The position numbers and the translations under genes were made by a program. From assembly GCF_000002865.3 (NCBI RefSeq), contig NW_001865084.1, forward strand, positions 62,001-126,000: a stretch of 64,000 nucleotides of DNA. Reading direction: 5' to 3'. This document shows, in pieces, positions 12,474 to 25,300 of this stretch; the stretch's first letter is position 1; each line of letters begins with the position of its first letter. Source of the stretch: Monosiga brevicollis MX1. Its lineage: Eukaryota. The notes under the pieces are model-generated. The model searched no databases, was not told the DNA's origin, and saw only the letters and a list, made by a program, of their open reading frames with translations.

Positions 12474-15400
12474 ATGGCCGAGGCCAGTGTGCCGCGGTCC
12501 TCGCCGCTGGCCGTGCCCACGTCGGCGACGCGCCGCATTCTCCTCGACCCTGAAGCCTCGACCCACTCCATGCCCAATCTGCAACACGTTGCCTCCAGCC
12601 CCAAGCTCAGCGCCTCCCCCCGTTTCATGCAAGAACGCCTCAGTCACCACGTCTCCCTGACCAAGGATCCCTCCGTGGCCTCCCGCAACGAAGAAGAAGA
12701 GTAAGCCACCCCGACCCACCCTAGCAAACATGACCCCACAATCAAGGCATCCATACGCAAGCACCTTTGCCCACATCACCACATCCCGCCTCTTCATCCC
12801 AGCCCGCTTCTCGTGCATCCCGCCCTGTTGCGCTGCCAAATAATGTGCCTGACACTTTTCCGTTGCAAAGTGTGCCCCGTGTTGTGAGATGTTTTTTTTT
12901 TTTTTTTGAATACCTGATCAATTGTTTGTGTGTTTGATGGTGGACGCCTGTCACGAGCCCTTGCCTCCCTCTATCGCTCACAAGAATGGCGCTGTTCTGT
13001 TTTGCTTCCGCCCAGGCTCTTGCAGCGTCGGCGGACCGTCTCTGACGCTGCCCAATGGATCCGTTTCCGCCGCCAATCAGAGCTTCAAAAGGAGTTGCTT
13101 CCTGCTGCTGCAAAGGTTAGGCTTGAACGCAAACGTCCTTGTGAGCAAACCACAACCGAGACCCTGACCTTTCCTCGCTCCGTCCAGCCCAGCCCCACTC
13201 CGTCTCCAACTTCCCTACCGTGTTTCATCCTTTCTGGCCTTTGTTGCTGACCCCCATCACCCCACGCTCGCGCACCACGATGCTTGCCTCCTTGCTAGGG
13301 TGCGCGGCGACACCAGTTTTCATCCGAGCCTGCACAGGGCAAATTCTGCCAAGTGTGCAATAAGATCCTCTTCAGCCTTCACCGACCACTTCGTTGCACC
13401 GATTGCGGCTTTGAAGCCCATCGTGGTTGTCATTTGGAAGCCCCCTCCTGTCTCGGCCGCTCGGGAAGCCTGGCAAGCATTGACCGCGCCGTCTCTTTCT
13501 CCCCAATCCTGTACGCCTTGCCTCTCCCTCTTGCCCAGGCCCTGAACCCCGACTTGGCGCCTGGCGCCTGACGCTCCGCCCCAGGTGTTCAGCTTGTCCT
13601 CATGACCTCGCTTTGCTACCTCCCTGCCTTCCTATAGGGGCTCGCGGCTGGTCCGCGTGTGCGTCAGCTCAGCTGACAACTTGGCCCGCAAAAGCATGCT
13701 GCGCATGCCTGACCCCTTTGCTCTCGTTAGCATCGACAACGAGCAATTTCAATCCGCGGTACGGCCTCCACCTTGTTGCTCAACCAAGCGCCGCCTGCCC
13801 CGTTTCCTGGCCCACAACATTTGCTTCCCTGCCCACGACCTCGCCTGTTTTGTGGACATGTCATTTCCATATCATGCTCTGCTCACGCTGCAACCCTTCT
13901 TGTGGATCCTCTTGACTCAATAGGTGGCACGACGCACGCTCTCCCCGCAATGGCTCACGGAACGCGACATGTTCATGAACCCATCTTCTATCCTCACCAT
14001 TTACGTCTTTGACGCCAAGCGCTATCGCCCCCGCGACTGGGCCGGCTTTCTTGGTATGGCCGTGATTGAAGCCAACGCCTTTCTCGACTCGACCACCCTC
14101 GGTGAAGGTGCCACCAAAGTGCTGAACTTTCGCCTTCGCAAGCGCGTACCCGATGACCTCGTCACTGGCACCATCTGCGTCAAGGTCAGACCAGCACGCT
14201 CGCCTTGATGCCTGAGTTGGTCGTCCAGGGCATATCGGTGTCCTCACTGCCCCACTTCTGACCACTTCATGATATTCACGCATTTTGTCCCCCCCCCCTT
14301 TTTTTTTCGTTTTCGTATTCTCGTTCGCGCGTGGATGAATGTGGGGTTTGCTTGCAACCGCACCACAGGTTCGCATCCTGTCTGACGAGCTCGACATGCA
14401 CGCCAGCACTGGCTTGGTGCCCGCGGTCCCCCGCACGAGCTCTCCTCGTAGCGTGGCCGTGCCCCAGGAAGAGGAGCGCATGCTTTCCACTTCTCCTGGC
14501 GTTGGCTGGCAAAAACTACCCAAAAACAGCAGCACCGATCATCTCAACGTTTCTCAGCCACTTCTTCCAAGTCAAGTTAGCACCCATGCCTCCCTCATCT
14601 CTTGTTCAAAAGAGTGTGCCCCATCTTGGCTCAGCGTGCCATCTAGGGTGATTGACTCTGCCAGATCATCGACTGGTCCACTCACGGCAGCGATCCCTTA
14701 CCCATGCATTCCCCCACCTCAGCCACCACCACCAACGGTCACCATCGATGAGGTGACTCGCAGCTTTGTCGTGGACTGGACCGATGATCAGGCTGTGGAT
14801 GTACGTGACCCTTTTTTGACCAACAATTTGTTCCAGCTTTTGTGCTGATCCCTTGTCGTTCTCACCATCAAAATCATGGCACACTCACTGCTCCAGGGAG
14901 TAACCTACAATCTGGCCGTCTTGCCAGACATGGCTGAAACACCGCAAGATATTTACTCTGGAACTGATTCATTCCACACCCCCGTGGGCCTTGTGCCTGG
15001 CAAGCGCGTTCGCTTCGTGGTGAGCGCCACCAACTTCTTTGGCACCAGCGAGTACAGCTTGCCCAGCCCTCCCATCACAATTCCTGAGGTTTGTGGCGTG
15101 CCCGCTTGCCTATCAGCCCTTTTGCTCAGCTCACCAATGATTTTCTCTGCAGTTTGACGAGACACGCGCGCCCACCCCTGATGATCGACCTCACTGCCCT
15201 TTCTTCATGACGGGCTTTTGTCCACGGTAAGCCTCGAGTGCGCCAGCCCGACAATGATGCGAGCTTCGAAACACCCCGGCCATTTTTCCTCATACTCCGG
15301 CTTTGTTGTGCCATGTACCCGATCCATACACACACGCACGCACACACGCACGCACGCACGCACATACAACAGTGGCAGCGCTTGTCCACTGTACCATGGC

Positions 15401-17453
15401 GAGCGGCTATCGCAAGGAGACCTGGCCGCTGCTCTAGCTGCCATTGCTAGTGTGTCGGATCCCGATGTGCAGCTGGCGTTTGCCCTGCAAGGTATGATGA
15501 CGAACGATGCGCGCGTGGATCCCCTCAGCACAGCGACCTCGCACGCAATGCTCAAGCCCCATGCCTGGCCAACATCTTTTTCTTCAATTCTTGCCCTCGC
15601 AGCCTCAATGCAAGAGGCCCAAGGTGCCTCATACGATGACTCCAATCAAACACTCTTCAAACGCGAATTCCATCGCAAGGAACTCGAACTGCGCGAGCGG
15701 GTTGGTCTTCTCATTCTGGGCTTGCAAGTGTGAGGGGTGACTTGAAAACTGATGGTTGTATGCATGTTGGTTGCAGATCAAAGTCGAGTCGGGGGAGTGT
15801 TCGCTCACCGTATCACGCCAGGACCTCTTCAAAACATCCTTCTTCGAAATGATGCGACTCCAGCGCAAGGATTTGCGTCGTCGCCTCATGGTGCAGTTTC
15901 ACGGTGAAGGTTCGTTCAGTTGTTGCGAGCTGACCCATGGCAGTTTCCTCCTTGGTTTTGTTACTGTTTGTATTTTTTCGTGCTATGGCATCTCGTCACT
16001 TGCCCCTCCGTTTCATTCTCAATGTGATGGCAACTCCATCATCATATCATCATAAAATATCAGGGGGCTTGGATTATGGAGGCTTGGCCCGCGAGTGGTT
16101 CTATCTACTGGGCATTGAGGTTTTTGATCCGCGTCTCGGCATGTTTGTAAGTATGCACCTTGTGCTGGTACTTACCCAGTTCGGTTCAAGTTGTTTGGGT
16201 AGCTGATATCGTCTTCCTTGCATACGGGTTGCTTGGCCGCGCTTTTAGAGTTACTGCAATGAGCAAGACTACTTGCTGCAGATCAACCCCTCGTCCAGTG
16301 CGGACCAGGACCATACCCTCTTTTTCCATTTCACGGGCCGACTGATTGGTCTGGCCATCCTTCACCGCCACTTTCTTGACGTGACGTTTGTCAGCAGCTT
16401 TTACAAGCAGATACTTGGTCAATCTATCACGCTGGCGTATGTCGCACAATGGACACATTTCACTTCTTGTTATTGTGGTTGATGTTGTGTTTCTTCCCCA
16501 AATGCTGGTCGATCCTGCATGCGCGACGCGTGGCAGCCTGTTTGCATAGCTGATGACATTCGCCTGGTGGCTCTGTGCATCCTCGCTGTGCAGAGACCTT
16601 CAAGATTCGGATCCTGACGTGCATCGCAGCTTAATTTGGATCCTGGAAAATGACGTATCCGAAGTGCCTGACCTGACCTTTTCGACCGACGAGGACGAGC
16701 TTGGGGACATTCGGACACACGAGCTTGTGCCAGGCGGGGCCAACAAAGCGGTCTGTTTGGGTTTCTTTTGTTGTTCGCCCGCAATAAATGGCGTCGCTTG
16801 AAAGCGTGATGAAATTGCTTGAAGGGCTTGACCTCACCAGTTGCCACCTCACCTATGGCTTTGCGACTCAGGTGACGGAGGAAAACAAATTTGAGTTTGC
16901 CAAGCTTATGGTCGAATGGAAGCTCATCAAAAGCTCAAGTCGCCAAATGTGTGCCCTCCTTACTGGGTAGGCGCTGCACGCTTTGACAGACGTGAAGGGT
17001 GCACATCGGTCTTCATCGCATCTACCCTGATGCCGTCTGCTGCTCACCTGCTTTTGGTGATTGGGCTGTGCGCTGTGGCAGGCTCAACGAAGTCATTCCC
17101 ATTGAGAACTTTCGAACGTTCACCGTCAAGGAGCTGCGCTTCTTGATCTCAGGGAGTCATGAATATGACTTGGAAGACTGGAAGCGAAACACGGAATACA
17201 AGGGCTACGAGAGCAATGATCAGATCATTGAATGGCTGTGGGAGATTGTTGAAGCTTGGGATCACGATAATCAGGTCAGTCTATGGTACGCAGCAGGGGT
17301 TGATGGCACCCACTGACAGCTCATGGTTTTGCAATGATTCTGCATGCGAACATGTTCTAGGCGCGCTTCCTTCAATTTTGCACTGGAAGCTCTCGCGTGC
17401 CCATTGAAGGATTCCAAGTGCGTTGACTTTATGCCGTGAAAATTCACTTGTTA

Positions 17454-17532
<79 letters not shown>

Positions 17533-17920
17533 CTCGCTTGCTACGGCTGTATGCTCTGTTGTTCTAACGGTGCACCATGGACTTTGTCATCCCCTGTGTC
17601 GTCGTGACAGGCTCTGCAAGGCTCTGATGGACCCCGTCGCTTCTGCATCCAGAAGGTGTGTGCTCGTTCCCGCGCCCGTGAGCCCCCCGCCCGCCAAACC
17701 TGTACGGAAGCAAGATCGGACAGCGTTACACTTACGCCCGTGCCTCATGCACCCCTCGCACGTCGCTTCATTCTACTGGTAGCTTGAAGACTTGACACGA
17801 TTGCCATCGGCCCACACATGCTTCAATCGGCTGGATTTGCCTGAATTTCCCGTCCGGCGCATGCTCGAAGAGCGTTTGGCCTTGGCCCTCAAGAATGCTC
17901 AGGGGTTCACTGGCGATTGA
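12474..17920 (+). CDS. Nedd4/Smurf-like HECT E3 ubiquitin ligase with C1, C2, FN3 and CCCH zinc-finger domains; multi-exon
   Basis: C1: HQF..FCQVCNKIL..LRCTDCGFEAHRGC..APSC (~13312-13450). C2: SADNLARKSMLRMPDPFALVSID..RRTLSPQW. FN3: GLVPGKRVRFVVSATNFFGTSEYS. CCCH: CPFFMTGFCPRGSACPLYH. HECT: GLDYGGLAREWF, LQINPSS, FHFTGRLIGLAI, LLQFCTGSSRVP, LPSAHTCFNRLDLP. Stop TGA at 17918-17920. The start codon is less certain. Confidence 0.9.
17456..17530. repeat. (GT)n microsatellite in a HECT gene intron
   Basis: Directly visible. Confidence 0.97.
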
Positions 17921-18469
17921 CATGTTTCGCGCGGCTGCCAGCTTCAAGTGCAAGGTGGCTGAACAAGCATTCTCGTGTGCTGGAGTACTGTGTGCATAGT
18001 TTCGAACATCAATAGAATTTTGGCGAATATCACGCGTGCTCGACATAAGCTTGCCATATGGACAGAGGGAAAAGGAGGACGTGCGTTGTTGTCGTTGTTA
18101 TCTTGTGTAGGCAGAAAACGACGTGTTTGCCTGAGTCACTTGCTCAGTGCACAATCGCCTTGAACAATGGGATACCATCAACCCATTTAAACGACGCCGA
18201 TTTGTTTTGGAATAATAATCGTCACATTTCGGTATCATTTTTACCCTGATATTTGCCAGGGCATTGACGTGTTTCTTTTTTTTGTCTTCAATCTGACGTG
18301 TGTGTGAAGAAAAACGAGTTCAGACAAACTGTACCGTCATGAGTAGACCCTAATCAACACCGACAACAAAGGGTGGTCTACTCGGATTTTGGTTCTTTCG
18401 AGTGCAGGCAAGTCCTTACACCTGCCAGTCGAACGAGCAGTTGACTTTTTTCTCACTCGTACCGCTCGC

Positions 18470-20973
18470 TCACAGGACAAAGCTCATATCACCGCGAGAC
18501 ACTTGTTTGGGAGCCAGGTTATGCTCCTTGAGCCTGCGTCAGGTACACACCAAGTCGTTGCAAGCACGCCCCGCTGAATGAGCCAACGAGCAAGTCAGTG
18601 CATGGTAGCAAGGATAGCCAGAGGCGAACTCACCAAGCCTCATTGTATACTGTGGCACGATAGCGATCGCCCGTATCGCAGAGCACCGTGACCACGCATT
18701 TATTCGGGCCTAGACGTTTCGAGCAGAAACACAGAAACATAATCAGTGCGGGTGTATCGGACAATAGCCGGTCTGTCTGAGCCAAGGTTGGACGTACCAA
18801 GTTTGCGGGCCAGTTTGATAGCACCAACAACATTGAGTGCTGCCGATGGCCCGACATACAAGCCTTCATGGCGTGCCAAATAATACATCATGGTGATGGC
18901 CTCCTGCGTGGGCGGTCAGGCTTGTGAGCGATGCAGAGGGCCAAGGAGAGCATACGGGTCGAGTCTTTCCTATTCCCCACAGGGGAGGCAAGGTGGTGGG
19001 GTTTGCGATCGCCTCTGCTACTGACTTCATCAGTGCCTTTGAAGGCCCCATCGACCCGTGCCTCTTTAAAGTTATTGGTGAGCCGGGTAATTCCGACGCC
19101 TGGCAAAGGGATCAAACCACGAGGAAACAGCCATAAATACAGTAAAAGAGTACTAAGCGGCTTACTTCAATAAGTTGACCAGTCGACCTACCTTCGGCAA
19201 CCGTCGAACCAGAGGCAGGAAAACTTGTGTCGTGCTGAATTGCATCGCAAGGAACCGTGAGCGCACGTGGCACTGCGCACTGTTTTGATGTCCCGAATGA
19301 AAGCTGAGTGTGAGGCAACTGACGTGATTGACGTAGGCTGCCAAACCCGAGCCCATTGGGTCCGTGAGCCAGACGGCAATCTTGGAATTGCGTCCTTTGA
19401 GGTAGCTTGACACACCCGCCATGGTACCACCAGTGCCTGTGAAAGCAGAAGGCGTACAAAAGAAGGGATATTTGCAGAGCCGGTCAGAGGCAAGACTAGA
19501 CCAGCAACTAAGAGCTGGCAAAGGTGTCTCCAAGTGATGCATACCTGAGGCACAGGTAAAGCCATCGATGCGGCCGCGTGTTTGTCGCCAGATCTCAGGT
19601 CCCGTGCCTTCGCGGTGCGCCGCTGCGTTGTCCGTGTTCTGAAGTTGGAAGGTGTGCGTGAGGTGCGAGCGTGAGAGAGAGGGAGAGGGAGAGAGCAGAC
19701 TTGGAGTGGACAAGACGAGGTTACGTGTTTTTGCAACGTGACGAGACGGAAGCTGAACCAACCTCAAACTGGTCCGGGCCAAAGTTGCCTTCTTGTTGGG
19801 CCAGACGTCGAATCACTTGGTAGTAGTGTTGTTCATCGTTGAAAGGCACTGCTGGTTGCCGGTGCGTCTGCGAGGATGACATCAGGTGATACGATGTCAC
19901 AGGCAGGGGCTTAGGGCTGCATATTGATGGGAAACTCGGGTCCAAACCTCGGCTCCAAAGAGTTCCATCAGGTTGGATTTGTCGCGCGAAGTTTTTTCGG
20001 GCATGGCAAAGATGGTCTAACGCATCCAATCAGACCAGCCACAAGGTGGCCTCAAAGCAGGTGAGCGCGATCACGTGCGTAGAGGCATCGACGTAGATTG
20101 GCTCAGCGATAAGACTTGAGTCATACCTTGTAGCCGAGGCTGGTGCCGAGCATGGCCAGTGCAATGCCCGTGTTGCCGCCTGCATGGGAAAGTAAGGTGG
20201 CAACATTGTAAAGATGGGCATTAGCAACAGCCTTGGGCGGAGAGCAGCGGCAGTCAAAGCCCACGCACCGGTACCCTCGACAATGCATTGGCCCGTGTGA
20301 GGCTTGAGTTGGCCCCGAGCCTCGGCCTGGCGCAACAACTTCAGGGCAGCTCGATCCTTCACGCTACCACCTTTGCAGCCGGATCAGGCGATGGGATGAG
20401 GCTGAAAGGCTGCTGGCTTGGAGACCGGGGCAGTGATCGAGTCACGAGCGGAAGTCGGGTTATTGCGGCACTCACCGGGGTTCATATGTTCAGCTTTGAC
20501 TAGGATCTGGCATCCAGTGGCCTAGGTAGTCGTGAGCGTGAGTGTGCATGCCGTACTGGTTCATGAGGGGGCCGGACCGAAGCTAGCGAACGCATGCAAG
20601 TGGAATGCTTGGGGGGAAGGACAAACCTCGGATAAAGAGGGCAGCTCTATCAGCGGAGTGCGACCAATGGCGTCTGCAATGCCATGGCAAATACGATCCT
20701 GATGGATCTGTGAAGCTCCAGGCAGGGCGCCATCGTCAATCGGCGCGGCATATCCGAGGTTGAAGCAAGTCTCGCGCAAACCTCACGCACAGATTGTCGA
20801 CGATCAAGGTAAAGACCAAAGGCCACGCCCAGCCCCGCAAGTGCCAGCCTCGCCTGCACACTCGGGTAACCACGATTCAAGCAGGACACGGGGTGAGAGC
20901 AAGATCAGAAGGAAGAGGTCTCAGGGCAGCGCGCGCACGAGACGACGACGACGACGGAGTCATGACGCACCAT
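18470..20973 (-). CDS. Cysteine synthase-like PLP-dependent enzyme (CysK/CysM/CBS fold) with an N-terminal hydrophobic anchor; many short exons
   Basis: DAIGRTPLIELPSLS, VKAEHMNPG-GSVKDRAA (PLP lysine), IVEGT-GNTGIALA, HREGTGPEIWRQT, GTGGTMAGVS, EGLYVGPSAALNVVGA, VVTVLCDTGDRY. Inferred start M-ARLALAGLGVAFGLY and end VSRGDMSFVL*. The termini are inferred from splice signals. Confidence 0.88.
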
Positions 20974-21257
20974 CTTTGAATGAGGAAACTTTTCACTAAA
21001 TGCAGATTTTGAGCGACTTGATGTAGATATGATAAGGAATAGAGTTGTAGTTAATGTAGGAATTCGATAAGTTATCGCAAGTGTCGGATAACATGGGTGA
21101 GAGTTTGACATATGGAGGGCTTCTTGTGTGGCATGAGGTTGCGGGTGGTTCCGAGGCGTGTGCCGTGGCTGGTGGCGGTGGGTAGCTCGAGAAAGGCTGA
21201 TTGGACGTGTCAATTAGATTGCAACTGAGAAGACAGAACTGTGGAGGGGACAGGGGG

Positions 21258-21550
21258 NNNNNNNNNNNNNNNNNNNNNNNNNNNNNNNNNNNNNNNNNNN
21301 NNNNNNNNNNNNNNNNNNNNNNNNNNNNNNNNNNNNNNNNNNNNNNNNNNNNNNNNNNNNNNNNNNNNNNNNNNNNNNNNNNNNNNNNNNNNNNNNNNNN
21401 NNNNNNNNNNNNNNNNNNNNNNNNNNNNNNNNNNNNNNNNNNNNNNNNNNNNNNNNNNNNNNNNNNNNNNNNNNNNNNNNNNNNNNNNNNNNNNNNNNNN
21501 NNNNNNNNNNNNNNNNNNNNNNNNNNNNNNNNNNNNNNNNNNNNNNNNNN
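21258..21550. other. Assembly gap (293 N)
   Basis: Run of N. Confidence 1.
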
Positions 21551-21923
21551 CATGTCGTATGGGCTATTGAATTGCACTGAAAAATCCTTGCATTCTTTTA
21601 GAGCGCCTTGACGACCAAGTTGCTGCGACGGAAGAAGAGCTTTTTGCTTTTTTTGTTCGATTTTTCTTTTCGGCGCGAACGGCGTCGAGCGAGCTGAGCG
21701 CGAGGTGAGGTTTGGTCGGTGTTGCCCTCTTGATGGGTGTTGGGGATGGTGGTCTGGTCGCATTGTGTTGCTAGTCGAGGTGTCAGTGTCTTCTCTGTGA
21801 GTTGTATTGGCGGTGTTTGTGAGGGGATGGCATTAAGGCTTCCATGGACACGATTTCGATAGTATCCGGCATGCTGGCTGATTTGATTCTCGCGCCGAGC
21901 GCACCATCATGATCTGGGCGGTC

Positions 21924-21927
<4 letters not shown>

Positions 21928-21980
<53 letters not shown>
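21928..21980. repeat. (GT)n microsatellite
   Basis: Directly visible. Confidence 0.97.
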
Positions 21981-21982
<2 letters not shown>

Positions 21983-22363
21983 TCTGTCGCTTTTCTGTCT
22001 TTTATCCTCTTCTTCATGGTACATGCCCGGGATGGGCAGTACTTCAGGATCGCATTCAAACACGGCCCTGGTCGAATCTCACCTTTGATGCGGTCTTGCC
22101 TCGCAGCCCATTACCGCCTCGGCCTCTGTAGTTTTTTCTTGCTCTTAGACGCACGCTTTCCCCTTTTCTCAGTTTCTTACACCGTGCGTCAGCCTCGGAC
22201 GTCGCGCTCTCCGCACAGGGGCGTGGTGCCCCGTTGCTGCCCGCCGAGCTGCACGTCGACCAAAAGGCGTTACAGCCTCTTTTGCATGATCCTTTGACTC
22301 AAGACTTGACGCGAGAAGAAAGGACCCCTGATAGCTTGAGTGCTTGGCACGGACATCGGCGTC

Positions 22364-25300
22364 ATGGACGCCACAGCCGCTATGCGGCCCTCCTCTCGCG
22401 AGAAGCACCCCGCAGCCAACCTGGGTCGGACAACCGCGAGCGGGACCTCACGCAAACCCTTGTTCTCACAAAGCGCTGCGGCGTTTCGTCTCCCTTCGCT
22501 CGGGGCCGGAACGCCAGAGAGTGGCGAGCCTTCAGATCTCGTTAACACACTCAACCGCACACTTCAGCGAAACAGCAACACAGATGCCCCTCTTGCCGCC
22601 GCTGGCAGCTCCAACCCGCTGAATGGCTCAATGGGTGGTGCGGCGGGGCGCACTGCCCGCCGCAACGGCAACCGCGTCTCTAAGACGGCTCGCCTTCAGG
22701 CCACGCTCAAGGATCGCGACTCGCTGCGTTCTGCTCTCGTAGGCCTCGTCACCGAGGCCGCCCGCCGCAACGGTGAACTGCCCCCGTTGCAAATGGAAGC
22801 AGGCGCGGCTGCATCTACCGAGGAGGAAGACAGCGACATGGGTGATGCACGGAACGATGCCGTTCGGTATTACTACTACATGATGAACGGCATCGACACC
22901 ACCCAGGTGGTTGGTCTTGACGAGGAATGGTTTGCGCACATCACCGACCTCATCGACACTCAATTACAGACCCGTTGTGCCCCTTCGGTCGAAGCGCTGC
23001 ACGACGAAGTCAGCGACGCTTATCTTGCCGCCATCAAAAAGTCCATCGTGGACTTTGTTCTGCGCGATCCTAAGCTCGACCAAGCTGGAGCGGTGGCCGC
23101 GCAATGGCAGGCTTATGCTCAGAATCCCGAACTGGCCGATGAGCAACGCAACTGGGCTTCCAGCATCCAGGAAGCGCGCCAAGCCTTGGAAGAAAACCTT
23201 TTCCTCACGTCTCCCGGCTTGCGCCTGCTGCTGCCTGCCTACGAACTGGAGCACCGCCATCAAACGCTGCTCAAGCCCGAGGAGATTTGCCGCAAGAAAC
23301 AAGCTTACGACGCTGTGGCTTTTGGCAAGGCCATTGGACTTCAGGTGGATCGGTGCCGCCATGCCATTCAAAAGGAGTGGGTTCGCAGTCTGGCTGGTCT
23401 TTTGGATGGGCTCAAGGCCCAAGGGCGCTTGCCCCAAGCCAAGAGTCCACGCTACTGGGAAGCCGTCGCCACTGTCATGAGTGCACAGTTGCGTGAGCTA
23501 CTGACCGTCTCGCTCAACATGTTTCTCGACATGATCTTCCCGCCAACTGGGGTTGGCAGCTTTCGTGGCTTTGCCCTGCAGCTCGAGGTCCAGGGTGACA
23601 AACTAGGCTTTGCCGTGGGCGTGGAGGGCATTGAAACAGTCGTTCTTCAGTTGCTCGAGAAGATGCGTAGCAGCATTTGCGAGATTGTTCGCGTCGAGTA
23701 TTTTTTAGCTGAAGACCGCCCAACAGGTCGCGAGACCTTCCTGACGCCTTGCTTTGGCCCAGAGGAGCTGGCCTCCTACCAGCAACGCGTTGAGGCCGCA
23801 TTTGCCCCACAGCGCGAGGCGCCCAGTCAATGGCTGAAGCTCTACAACGAGTATCTCTTTCTGATTGACGGCCGTGCGGACAAGGAGATGGACGATTTTT
23901 TGGCCAGTCAGCCTAGCTTTCAGCTGTGCACCGACAAGGTCTACCGCCTCCTCGATCTGGCCCGCCAGATTGAGTTTGACATGGCCGACTCTGCACGTGT
24001 CGGGCTTTTTGTCATTCATGCGGCGGCGGCCAAGGCCGACCTGAACCGTAAAGCCAAGGCCTTGGCTGACCGTGTCCTCACCGCTATTGCCGACGAAGTG
24101 GAGGTGGGCATATACGCACATATGTTTCTCTCCACTCCTCCCAACCTGCTTGCCTTCTGTCTCCTGTCCCTCTTTGCTTTGCCTCCCCACGCCCTCCGTC
24201 AAGTGATTTTATTGCCTTCGCATTCGACCCACTCACTGGGCACCCGCGTTTCTTCCTTGTGTAGGTTTCCAACAAAGATCTCTGCAAATCTTACGCTGAG
24301 ATTGCTGAGCGGGCGGCCACTGCCCCCACCACAACTGAGCATCTCATGCAGTTAAAGGAGTTCATGGAGCAGGCCGAAAACGTGCGCTTGCCCAAGCTCA
24401 ACTTGACGGTGGCAGACATTCGCAAGAAGGTTGAATTCCTGATGGATCACAAACAGCTAACCTCGTGCGTATCAAATCAGTTCCCCGTTTGCAATCGCTG
24501 AATCTTGTCTTGCACGCCATTGTACTGACATGTCGCCATGCAACGATCACAGCTCGGACCTCACGCTCAACGCTGAGACGTTTCGCTGGGTGGCCAAGCT
24601 GCCACCACTTGTCGAGTCCCACAAGCAGCTGGTGCGCAGTGCTCGCGAGCGCAACGAAAATGCTCTGCGCGAACGCCGCGACAAGCTCAATGCCGACTTG
24701 GAAGGCTTTGCTGAGGAGGTTAGGTGTTTGTTTGCCCGCTATACTGTTTGCCGTCATCTGCCCGTGGGTTTAATGCTTTCATCTCACATGGTTCCTCGTT
24801 TTCATTGCTTCCCTCTGTGGCTCAGTTGGCCAAGTTCTCCGAGTATGGTGACAGCCAAGAGTTGCAGCGCTACCTGGACGAGGCGAGCGACCTGAACACT
24901 CGCCTAACGGCTGCTGCAGACACGATCGAGGGCATCAATGCTGAGGAGGAGGCCTTTGATTGGGAGATTACGCAGTATCCTCTCAAAGCCAAGACCAGCA
25001 ATACCCTGGCCCCCTTCCTGTCGCTTTACAGCACGGCCGTCGAGTACTACAAACAAGTGGACGAGTGGCTTAACGGAGACTTTGACAAGATTGACCCCGA
25101 AAAGGTCGAGAACGATGTCTCCGCAAGCTGGCGCAATCTGTACAAGATCGAGAAGGGTTTTGCTTCCGAGGACGCGCCCCGTGGTCTGGCCGCGCAAGTG
25201 AAGGAGCAGGTGGACGAGTTCAAGGAGAACCTGCCGATGATCCAAGCCATCTGCAACCCAGGCCTGCGCGAGCGACATTGGACTCAGCTCTCCGACATTG

